DNA of 64,000 nt from Aequorivita sp. (lineage in GTDB: Bacteria; Bacteroidota; Bacteroidia; Flavobacteriales; Flavobacteriaceae): the NCBI GenBank assembly GCA_052105975.1, contig JBQEAY010000008.1:30680-94679 (forward strand). Reading direction: 5' to 3'. Positions 17,449-24,952 of this stretch are shown in pieces. Position numbers and translations under genes: made by a program. The notes under the pieces were generated by a model. It searched no databases, was not told the DNA's origin, and saw only the letters and a list, made by a program, of their open reading frames with translations. How positions within the stretch are numbered: position 1 is the stretch's first letter; every line of letters starts with the position of its first letter.

Positions 17449-18201
17449 ATGAAACAATTATTATTCGCAATTTTCTTTATAGTATCTGCTACAGCTTTCT
17501 CTCAAGTAATCAATGCGGAATCATTACGTAAAGTAACCGACACCTCGGGATTTTCAGGTTCAGTAGGACTAGAATTCTCACTAAAACGAGATGTAAACGA
17601 TAAGTTTGCCATTAAAAATAACATCAGTTTACAATATAAAATGCATCGCCATTTGGTATTACTTAAAAACGAAATCGAATTCCAAAAAATAGAAAGTAGT
17701 AATTTCGAAAACAAGGGAGTTCAACATTTGCGTTACAACTATAAACTTTATCCTCAAATAGTTTGGGAGGTATTTGGCCAGGCACAATACAACAAAGTTT
17801 CCAAGATAAATTTTCGAGGCCTTGTAGGCACGGGCCCTCGCTTTAAGCTCACTAAACTCGAAAACTACAAATTATATTTAGGTACATTAATTATGTATGA
17901 GCACCAAGAGTTGAGTGACAACGAAACACCAATAGAGCGGATTTACCGTGGTTCTGCATATTTTTCCTTCAGTCTATTCCCTACCGAAACAATAAGCATT
18001 TCGAGCACTACTTATTATCAGCCCAGACTTAGTGATTTTAGTGATTTCCGAATAGCTTCAGAAACTTCTTTATTAATAAATATTTACAAAAGTTTTGCCT
18101 TTAAGACCACGTACACATTTACGTTTGATGACTCGCCAGCTATAGGTATTCCAAACTCACAATACGAACTTACCAGCGGTATTGTTTATTCCTTTGACTA
18201 A
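17449..18201 (+). CDS. Outer-membrane beta-barrel protein, DUF481-like
   Basis: 250 aa. Signal peptide (FFIVSATAFSQ), alternating-strand pattern and C-terminal ..GIVYSFD. Confidence 0.55.
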   Translation: MKQLLFAIFFIVSATAFSQVINAESLRKVTDTSGFSGSVGLEFSLKRDVNDKFAIKNNISLQYKMHRHLVLLKNEIEFQKIESSNFENKGVQHLRYNYKLYPQIVWEVFGQAQYNKVSKINFRGLVGTGPRFKLTKLENYKLYLGTLIMYEHQELSDNETPIERIYRGSAYFSFSLFPTETISISSTTYYQPRLSDFSDFRIASETSLLINIYKSFAFKTTYTFTFDDSPAIGIPNSQYELTSGIVYSFD

Positions 18202-18309
18202 AACTCAAAATCTTTAGTATGCAATTCGTCTTTTAAAGGACTACTTTCTATATTTACATTAAAAGAGAACCAAAACTCCTCTTATTTCGTAACTATATAA
18301 ACTGCAACA

Positions 18310-18648
18310 ATGGCATCTAACAATTATTACAACCCTGCCGATCTTCGAAAATTCGGAAACATAACCGAATGGAGCGAAGAACTAGGCGATAAATTTTTTG
18401 ATTACTATGGAAAAGTTTTTGAGGAAGGTGCTCTTACCGCTCGTGAAAAGTCCCTAATTGCTCTTGCGGTGGCGCACACTGAACAATGCCCTTATTGCAT
18501 TGATGCTTATACAAAAGATACTTTACAACGCGGCGTGACTAAAGAAGAAATGATGGAGGCGGTTCATGTAGGAGCGGCAATTAAAAGTGGTGCGACCCTT
18601 GTTCACAGCGTAATGATGATGAATAAAGTAAATAAATTGGATGGATAA
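18310..18648 (+). CDS. AhpD/carboxymuconolactone-decarboxylase-like protein (arsenosugar biosynthesis-associated peroxidase-like family)
   Basis: 112 aa. AhpD-type CxxC (EQCPYCID). Immediately upstream of the ArsS-type radical SAM gene. Confidence 0.75.
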   Translation: MASNNYYNPADLRKFGNITEWSEELGDKFFDYYGKVFEEGALTAREKSLIALAVAHTEQCPYCIDAYTKDTLQRGVTKEEMMEAVHVGAAIKSGATLVHSVMMMNKVNKLDG

Positions 18649-18708
18649 CATCGATAGAGACGTAATATCTTACGCTTCTATATAACAAAATACAATTCGA
18701 AAAAATCA

Positions 18709-19785
18709 ATGCTAAAAGAAAAAAAGAAAAAACAACAATCTCTTCATAAGCGCGACAGCGAGTTCGCCGTTGCAAACACGCAACTTGAGAAACTTTCCAA
18801 TGGAATCTTCGCCAATGGAGAACTTTCTACTTTTTCTGAAAAAATAAAGGAAACGGATCAATTTCCGCTTCGACCAAACAAGCTGGAAATTCTTCAAATA
18901 AACGTGGGATACATGTGCAACCAGGTATGTGAACATTGCCATGTAGATGCCGGGCCAGACCGTAAGGAAATAATGACGCGTGAGACTATGCAGCAGTGCC
19001 TAGAAGTAATTCGCCACACAGGCGCACATACTTTGGATTTAACAGGCGGCGCACCAGAAATGAACCCTGAGTTCCGTTGGTTCGTAGATGAAGCCAGTAA
19101 AGCAGGAGTTAAGGATTTTATCGTTAGAAGTAATCTGACCATCATTCGAGCAAATAAGAAGTATTATGATTTGCCGCATTTTTTCAAAAAACATAATATT
19201 CATGTTGTAAGTAGCATGCCCCACTGGACACGTGGGAAAACCGATAAACAACGTGGAGAAGGCGTTTTTGACCAATCCATAAAAGCATTACAGGAATTAA
19301 ACGCCGTTGGTTATGGAATGCCAGATAGCAATTTGCGTTTGGATTTGGTTTACAACCCAAGTGGAGCCTTCCTTCCAGGGGATCAAGCGAGTATGGAGAA
19401 GGATTTCAAAAAAGCATTGCTCGAAGATTTTGGAATACATTTTCACAGTCTTTTTGTTATTACTAATCTTCCAATTGCAAGGTTTTTGGACTATTTAATC
19501 GCCTCGGAAAACTACGAGGATTATATGTATCAATTAGTAGAAGCCTATAATCCAGCTGCCGTTAAAAATGTAATGTGTAGAAATACTATTTCGATAAGCT
19601 GGGACGGCTATTTATACGATTGCGATTTTAACCAGATGCTCGAACTGAAAGTGGCAAGTAAAATACAGCACATTTCAGAATATAATGAGGATATTTTAAA
19701 TGATAGAAATATAATAATATCGCAACACTGTTACGGCTGTACTGCTGGCGCCGGAAGTAGCTGCCAAGGTTCCGTAACTAAATAA
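18709..19785 (+). CDS. arsS: Radical SAM protein, ArsS family (Cys form)
   Basis: 358 aa. CxxxCxxC cluster motif (CNQVCEHC). Cys-rich C-terminal extension ..HCYGCTAGAGSSCQGSVTK, with TGC Cys at the position that is selenocysteine in some homologues. Confidence 0.8.
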   Translation: MLKEKKKKQQSLHKRDSEFAVANTQLEKLSNGIFANGELSTFSEKIKETDQFPLRPNKLEILQINVGYMCNQVCEHCHVDAGPDRKEIMTRETMQQCLEVIRHTGAHTLDLTGGAPEMNPEFRWFVDEASKAGVKDFIVRSNLTIIRANKKYYDLPHFFKKHNIHVVSSMPHWTRGKTDKQRGEGVFDQSIKALQELNAVGYGMPDSNLRLDLVYNPSGAFLPGDQASMEKDFKKALLEDFGIHFHSLFVITNLPIARFLDYLIASENYEDYMYQLVEAYNPAAVKNVMCRNTISISWDGYLYDCDFNQMLELKVASKIQHISEYNEDILNDRNIIISQHCYGCTAGAGSSCQGSVTK

Positions 19786-19822
19786 CCATAAAACTTAACA
19801 GGTTTCTGGTCAATATCGCTCC

Positions 19823-20323
19823 ATGAAAACAAATCTGACCATTTTATTTCTGGTATTGTTCGTCAATTTTGCGTCGGGCCAGAAGTCCTTGAAAAAGCTA
19901 TTAAAAGCCAACAATTCGCATAGTATTCCGTATATTTCAGTAGCGGAATTGCGAATGCATCAAATGAATGATTCCGTGGTTGTTTTGGACGCACGTGAAC
20001 CAAATGAATTTCAAGTAAGTCATATTGCTTCAAGTAAAAATGTAGGTTTTAACGATTTTTCTTCTGAAGAAAAGCAGCTTCAACAATTAAGCAGAAATAC
20101 TCAAATAGTTGTTTATTGCTCCATTGGCATCCGCTCCGAGCAAATTGGAGAAAAGCTAAAAAAAGCAGGATTTACCAATGTAAGAAATCTTTACGGTGGT
20201 ATCTTTGAATGGAAAAACAAAGATTATCCAGTAATCGATTCTATTGGAATAGAAACTGAAAACATCCATACTTTTTCGAAGATTTGGAGTAAATATTTAC
20301 ACACTGGAAATCCAATATATTAA
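19823..20323 (+). CDS. Rhodanese-domain protein (secreted/periplasmic)
   Basis: 166 aa. Signal peptide. Rhodanese fold with active-site loop VVYCSIGIRS and ..GGIFEWKN... Confidence 0.8.
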   Translation: MKTNLTILFLVLFVNFASGQKSLKKLLKANNSHSIPYISVAELRMHQMNDSVVVLDAREPNEFQVSHIASSKNVGFNDFSSEEKQLQQLSRNTQIVVYCSIGIRSEQIGEKLKKAGFTNVRNLYGGIFEWKNKDYPVIDSIGIETENIHTFSKIWSKYLHTGNPIY

Positions 20324-20386
20324 ATAGTCATTTTGAATATGCACTTTTGATCGGCAATCTACATTCATCAAGGATACACAATATCT

Positions 20387-20569
20387 ATGAAACTAAATAA
20401 AAATGGTATTCTATTAATTGGAGGTTTTATTCTATTGGGACTAAACCTTGGAATGATAAACTGGGGAAATCTTTTTGACAAAGAGAATCTAGTATTTCTT
20501 TTTGGCATAATTGCTAGTCTTTTTATTATACTTACTCAGTTTGATAAACTGAAAAAACAAAACGAATAA
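20387..20569 (+). CDS. Small two-helix membrane protein (60 aa)
   Basis: Hydrophobic helices ILLIGGFILLGLNLGMI and VFLFGIIASLFIILT. Embedded in the co-directional cluster. Confidence 0.4.
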   Translation: MKLNKNGILLIGGFILLGLNLGMINWGNLFDKENLVFLFGIIASLFIILTQFDKLKKQNE

Positions 20570-20587
20570 ATACCGAATACTTAAAAA

Positions 20588-21280
20588 ATGGGCTTAATTT
20601 CTTCAAAAGATACCAGTAGTGACAATGAAATGGCTTCTGACTTTCATTTTCCAACCTCAAAAAAAGCATTACTGATTTTTACCCGAAATCCAGAATTGGG
20701 AAAGGTTAAAACACGTTTAGCAAAAACCGTTGGAGAAGAAAGCGCTCTAAAAGTTTATAAATTTCTACTAAATCATACTGTTGAAATAACCAAAGATCTA
20801 AACGTGGATAAATTTGTTTTTTATTCAGAAGATATTCATCGCAATGATATTTGGGACGCAGATCTTTTCAGAAAAAAACTTCAGTCTGGAGTTGATTTGG
20901 GCGATAGGATGAAAAATGCTTTTTCCGAAATCTTCGCTATGGGTTATGAAAAAGTGATTATTGTTGGCAGTGATATTTTCGATTTGAATAAAAATGATAT
21001 AAACAGCGCTTATGAAGCATTGCAAACCAATCAATATGTAGTGGGCCCTGCAACTGACGGCGGTTATTATTTATTGGGGATGAAAGAAATGAATTCTGAA
21101 GTATTTCAAAATAAAAACTGGGGTGAAAACACTGTTTTAAAAGACACCTTAGTAGATTTAAAAAGAGAAAAATACGTACTCCTAGAAGAGCGCAACGATG
21201 TAGATTATTACCAAGACATTAAAAATGTGGAAGCTTTTCAGGAATTTCTACCACCCTATTTGGATAAAGATTTTTTATAA
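20588..21280 (+). CDS. DUF2064-type transferase (arsenosugar biosynthesis glycosyltransferase family 1, TIGR04282-like)
   Basis: 230 aa. ..ALLIFTRNPELGKVKTRLA...G...A..VY..LL.HT... and ..IIVGSD...L........A...L......V.GPA.DGGYYLLG.. are typical DUF2064 motifs. An alternative start is at 20627. Confidence 0.75.
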   Translation: MGLISSKDTSSDNEMASDFHFPTSKKALLIFTRNPELGKVKTRLAKTVGEESALKVYKFLLNHTVEITKDLNVDKFVFYSEDIHRNDIWDADLFRKKLQSGVDLGDRMKNAFSEIFAMGYEKVIIVGSDIFDLNKNDINSAYEALQTNQYVVGPATDGGYYLLGMKEMNSEVFQNKNWGENTVLKDTLVDLKREKYVLLEERNDVDYYQDIKNVEAFQEFLPPYLDKDFL

Positions 21281-21406
21281 ATTTCTTTATCCAAAATAAT
21301 GACGTAGAATAAAACATGAATTTTAAAAGTTAATTTTAATTGATATAGTTCTATATCTTACATTCTATATCAGGTTAAAATAAAAGACGAATAATATTAT
21401 ACGATT

Positions 21407-22225
21407 ATGAGTATTACAAAATATATTGAAGAAGCAGCAGACTACCTAAAACAGCGAGGCTTTGAGCAACCCGAAGTGGGAATCATCCTTGGTACTGGTC
21501 TTGGAAAAATTATTGAGAGTGTAGAAATTGAAGCCGAAGTAAGCTACAACCACATTCCAAATTTTCCGACGGCAACTGTAGAATTTCATAAAGGCAAGTT
21601 GATTTACGGTACTTTGGAAGGAAAAAAAGTGATCATTATGCAAGGTCGCTTCCATATATATGAAGGCTACACATTACGAGATGTTACATTTCCCGTGCGC
21701 GTAATGCATTTGTTGGGTATTAAAAAATTATTGGTAAGCAATGCTTCTGGAGCAATAAACCTCAACTTTAAAAAAGGAGAGATTATGTTAATTGACGACC
21801 ACATAAATTTACAAGGTGACTCTCCCCTAGCCTTTCGTGGTGTTGAGAAAATGGGAGAACGCTTTGTAGATATGAGCGCACCTTACGACACTGCAATGAA
21901 CAAGCAATTGCAACAGATTGCTTCCGAAAATAATATAACACTACACAAAGGAGTTTATACCAGCGTTGTTGGTCCGCAGCTTGAAACACGTGCAGAGTAC
22001 CGATTTCTAAAAATAATAGGAGCAGATGCCGTCGGAATGAGCACAGTGCCTGAAGTTATTGTTGCCAACCACTTAAAGTTACCTGTAATTGCTGTTTCCG
22101 TTTTGACGGATGAATGCGACCCAGACAATCTAAAGGCCGTAGATATTGCAGACATCATAGCTTCGGCAGAAAAAGCAGAACCAAATATGATTACTTTGTT
22201 TACTGAATTGATTAAACAATTGTAA
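21407..22225 (+). CDS. Purine nucleoside phosphorylase (trimeric PNP/MTAP superfamily)
   Basis: 272 aa. ..GIILGTGLG...., GRFHIYEGY, ..NASGAIN.., VGPQLETRAEYRFL...GADAVGMSTVPEVIVA. Confidence 0.85.
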   Translation: MSITKYIEEAADYLKQRGFEQPEVGIILGTGLGKIIESVEIEAEVSYNHIPNFPTATVEFHKGKLIYGTLEGKKVIIMQGRFHIYEGYTLRDVTFPVRVMHLLGIKKLLVSNASGAINLNFKKGEIMLIDDHINLQGDSPLAFRGVEKMGERFVDMSAPYDTAMNKQLQQIASENNITLHKGVYTSVVGPQLETRAEYRFLKIIGADAVGMSTVPEVIVANHLKLPVIAVSVLTDECDPDNLKAVDIADIIASAEKAEPNMITLFTELIKQL

Positions 22226-22234
22226 AATATACCA

Positions 22235-22267
22235 AAACCTGACATGTTTCTGAAACCTGTCAGGTTT
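22235..22267 (+). terminator. Hairpin of the ACCTGTCAGGT family after the PNP gene
   Basis: AAACCTGACA (22235-22244) pairs with TGTCAGGTTT (22258-22267), with a 13-nt loop. It lies 10 nt after the stop and 11 nt before the next start. Confidence 0.6.
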
Positions 22268-22277
22268 AAACAGTACT

Positions 22278-23162
22278 ATGGAAAAGTATTTAGAAATTTT
22301 CATAAACTCATATCACGAGTATTTCAATTACCTGTGGTCTGAAATCACCAACTTTCACTGGGAGAATTATTTCTATGGATTAATTTTGGTTTCGTTATTG
22401 GTATGGAGTTTAGAATTACTATTTCCCTGGAGAAAGAATCAGAAAGTTTTTAGAAAAGATTTCTGGTTGGATACATTTTATATGTTCTTCAACTTTTTTC
22501 TATTGAATTTAATCGTTCTTATTTTTCTATCCAATGCTACCGCAGAATTATTTAACGATTTCCTCAGTGCTATAGGATTAAAAATAACAGATTTTCAGCT
22601 TTTGGAATTGAACACTCTTCCGTACGGACTGGGATTACTAATTTTCTTTTTGGTTACTGATTTCGTTCAGTGGAACACTCATCGACTTTTACACTACTAC
22701 CCTTTTCTTTGGAAATTTCACAAACTACACCATTCCGTAAAAGAAATGGGCTTTGCGGCACACCTGCGGTATCACTGGATGGAGCCGATAGTTTATAAAT
22801 CATTGCTCTATATTCCTCTTGCCTTTATTGGGGGGTTTGATGTTCAAGCCGTTGCGATTGTTCATTTTTCAACCCTTGCTATCGGCCATTTAAACCATGC
22901 AAACCTAGGTTGGGATTACGGAGTTTTAAAATATATTTTTAACAACCCTAAGATGCATATCTGGCATCATGCCAAAGAATTACCCGAAGAAGCAAGATAC
23001 GGAGTGAATTTTGGAATAAGTTTAAGCCTATGGGATTATCTTTTCAAGACCGATCATATTCCGCATAATGGTCGAGATATTGAACTGGGTTTTGATGGAG
23101 ATGAAAAATTTCCACCTAAATTCCTACCACAAGTGATTTACCCCATTAAATCCAAAAAGTAA
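22278..23162 (+). CDS. Fatty acid hydroxylase / sterol desaturase family membrane di-iron enzyme
   Basis: 294 aa. Several TM helices and three His boxes (HRLLHY, HKLHHS, HIWHH). Confidence 0.75.
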   Translation: MEKYLEIFINSYHEYFNYLWSEITNFHWENYFYGLILVSLLVWSLELLFPWRKNQKVFRKDFWLDTFYMFFNFFLLNLIVLIFLSNATAELFNDFLSAIGLKITDFQLLELNTLPYGLGLLIFFLVTDFVQWNTHRLLHYYPFLWKFHKLHHSVKEMGFAAHLRYHWMEPIVYKSLLYIPLAFIGGFDVQAVAIVHFSTLAIGHLNHANLGWDYGVLKYIFNNPKMHIWHHAKELPEEARYGVNFGISLSLWDYLFKTDHIPHNGRDIELGFDGDEKFPPKFLPQVIYPIKSKK

Positions 23163-23202
23163 TTTTTGTCGTAAATAATACTGAACAAAAAAACTAACAA
23201 AA

Positions 23203-24003
23203 ATGAGAAGCTTACACAATTTCACAGCAATTATTTTGGCGACATTCCTTATGCAAAGCTGCAATTTACTTTCTGCTGCAGGCGTTAGCAGCCAAGGACA
23301 GCCTACCAAGGAAGTTAAGTCTCAATTAACCTCAACAACGGCAAATTCCGCAGTAAATGTGGATCATTCTACTTGGGACCAGCTGTTAAAGAAATACGTG
23401 AATAATGAAGGTTTAGTAGATTACAATGGATTTAAAAATGACAGCGCTAAACTCGACGATTATCTAAAAATGCTTTCGAAAAAAGAGCCTTCAAGCGATT
23501 GGAGCGTTCAAGAACTATTAGCTTATTACATTAATCTGTACAACGCAGGAACAGTAAAGTTGATTGCAGAAAATTATCCAACAAAGAGCATAAAAGATAT
23601 TAAAGGTGCTTGGACCAAAAGTCGTGTAACAGTTGGAAACAATGAACTTTCCCTAGGCGGAATAGAAAATGGAATTCTTCGAAAAATGAATGAGCCAAGA
23701 ATCCACTTCGCAATTAATTGCGCTTCCATTTCTTGTCCTAAACTTATGAACGAAGCCTACACCGCTGCTAAGATCAACGAACAGCTAGATCGTGCTGTAA
23801 AAGAATTTATCAATAGTGATAAAAACGATATCTCAGCCTCAAACCCTAATGTTTCTTCGATTTTCGATTGGTATCAAAAAGATTTCGAAGTAAATGGAGA
23901 GCAAGATGTAATTGGATATATTAACCAGTATTCCAAAACCGAAATAAATACAGATGCAACATTGAAGTATAAAGATTATGATTGGAATTTGAATGAACAA
24001 TAG
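23203..24003 (+). CDS. DUF547 domain protein (lipoprotein-like signal)
   Basis: 266 aa. N-terminal ..ATFLMQSC. Signature ..LAYYINLYNA... and RIHFAINCASISCPKL. Confidence 0.85.
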   Translation: MRSLHNFTAIILATFLMQSCNLLSAAGVSSQGQPTKEVKSQLTSTTANSAVNVDHSTWDQLLKKYVNNEGLVDYNGFKNDSAKLDDYLKMLSKKEPSSDWSVQELLAYYINLYNAGTVKLIAENYPTKSIKDIKGAWTKSRVTVGNNELSLGGIENGILRKMNEPRIHFAINCASISCPKLMNEAYTAAKINEQLDRAVKEFINSDKNDISASNPNVSSIFDWYQKDFEVNGEQDVIGYINQYSKTEINTDATLKYKDYDWNLNEQ

Positions 24004-24112
24004 TCAATGTTCAATGTTCAAAAACAAAAAAGCTTGTTGACTTCGCAAGATTGAAAAAGTGGTCAATAGTCAAAAAATATATTTCGATAAATATCTTATA
24101 AATACCGATTTT

Positions 24113-24147
24113 CAACTTGTAACTTGGAACCTGAAACTAGAAACCTA
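24113..24147. repeat. Five tandem heptamers (nAACYYn) directly 5' of a start codon
   Basis: CAACTTG TAACTTG GAACCTG AAACTAG AAACCTA, then TCA ATG (24151). Confidence 0.7.
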
Positions 24148-24150
24148 TCA

Positions 24151-24888
24151 ATGCTATCTATCATTATTCCAGTTTTAAATGAGGCTGAAACCATTGAAAA
24201 ACTATTGATTTATCTATCGGAAAACAGTTCTGGAGAAAATGATATAGAAGTTATTCTAGTAGATGGTGGGAGTTCTGATAACACAAAAGAAATAATTAAA
24301 AACTTCATCGAGCCGTTTTCTAGACCTGTCAGGTTTTTGGAACCTAACAGATCTTTTGACATTCAAGTTATTTCTTCAAACAAAGGGCGTGCAAAACAAA
24401 TGAATATTGGTGCAAGACTAGCTTCCGGAGAAATCCTATACTTTCTCCATGCCGATTCCTTTCCTCCTGATAATTTCGATAGCTATATGGTTTCCAAAGT
24501 AAAAAATGGAAATCCAGCTGGCTGTTTCCGTATGAAGTTTGACAGTAATCATTGGTGGCTTCAATTGGCAGGATGGTTAACAAAGTTCAAATGGCAAGGA
24601 TGTCGCGGTGGCGACCAAAGTCAATTTATAACTAAGGCCCTTTATAATGAAATTGGTGGCTTTGATGAAAACTATATTATTTACGAAGACAATATCTTGA
24701 TTAGTGAACTCTACGAACGTAAAAAATTCGTTGTAATTCCACATTCGCTTACCACTTCAGCAAGACGCTATAGAGAACACGGCGTTTGGAATTTACAATA
24801 CCATTTTTGGACGATTCATCTAAAGAGGTTTTTTGGTGCCGATGCGGAGGACTTATACACCTATTATAAAAAGCACATTCGGAAATAA
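24151..24888 (+). CDS. GT2-family glycosyltransferase (arsenosugar biosynthesis glycosyltransferase family 2, TIGR04283-like)
   Basis: The ATG at 24151 (MLSIIIPVLNEAE..) is preferred over the TTG at 24124, which lies inside the heptamer array. GT-A motifs: IIIPVLNE, VDGGSSD, KGRAKQMN, FLHADS. Confidence 0.7.
   Translation: MLSIIIPVLNEAETIEKLLIYLSENSSGENDIEVILVDGGSSDNTKEIIKNFIEPFSRPVRFLEPNRSFDIQVISSNKGRAKQMNIGARLASGEILYFLHADSFPPDNFDSYMVSKVKNGNPAGCFRMKFDSNHWWLQLAGWLTKFKWQGCRGGDQSQFITKALYNEIGGFDENYIIYEDNILISELYERKKFVVIPHSLTTSARRYREHGVWNLQYHFWTIHLKRFFGADAEDLYTYYKKHIRK
24322..24354. repeat. ACCTGTCAGGT-family palindrome located inside the glycosyltransferase CDS
   Basis: AGACCTGTCAGGTT tttgg AACCTAACAGATCT, with arms complementary at 12 of 14 positions. 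Translated in frame as ..SRPVRFLEPNRS... Confidence 0.7.
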
Positions 24889-24923
24889 AACTCCAAACAT
24901 CGACACTTTAAGACCTAACGAGT

Positions 24924-24948
24924 CTCTCAGACCTGTTAGGTCTGAGAG
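24924..24948. terminator. Bidirectional terminator hairpin between convergent genes
   Basis: CTCTCAGACC tgtta GGTCTGAGAG: a perfect 10-bp stem and 5-nt loop. AGACCTAAC (24911-24919) can alternatively pair with GTTAGGTCT (24934-24942). Confidence 0.8.
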
Positions 24949-24952
24949 GTAC

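Noticed and set aside
19741-19785. Possible selenocysteine (TGA recoding) in the C-terminal tail of the ArsS-type radical SAM protein.
   Set aside because: The position corresponding to the Sec/Cys site reads AGC TGC CAA GGT (..SSCQG..). That is an ordinary Cys codon, and the ORF ends at a normal TAA. No in-frame TGA or SECIS-like hairpin is needed.
24124-24150. TTG start at 24124 for the GT2 gene (MEPETRNLS..).
   Set aside because: These codons are simply the heptamer array read in frame. The ATG at 24151 gives the canonical MLSIIIPVLNE N-terminus.
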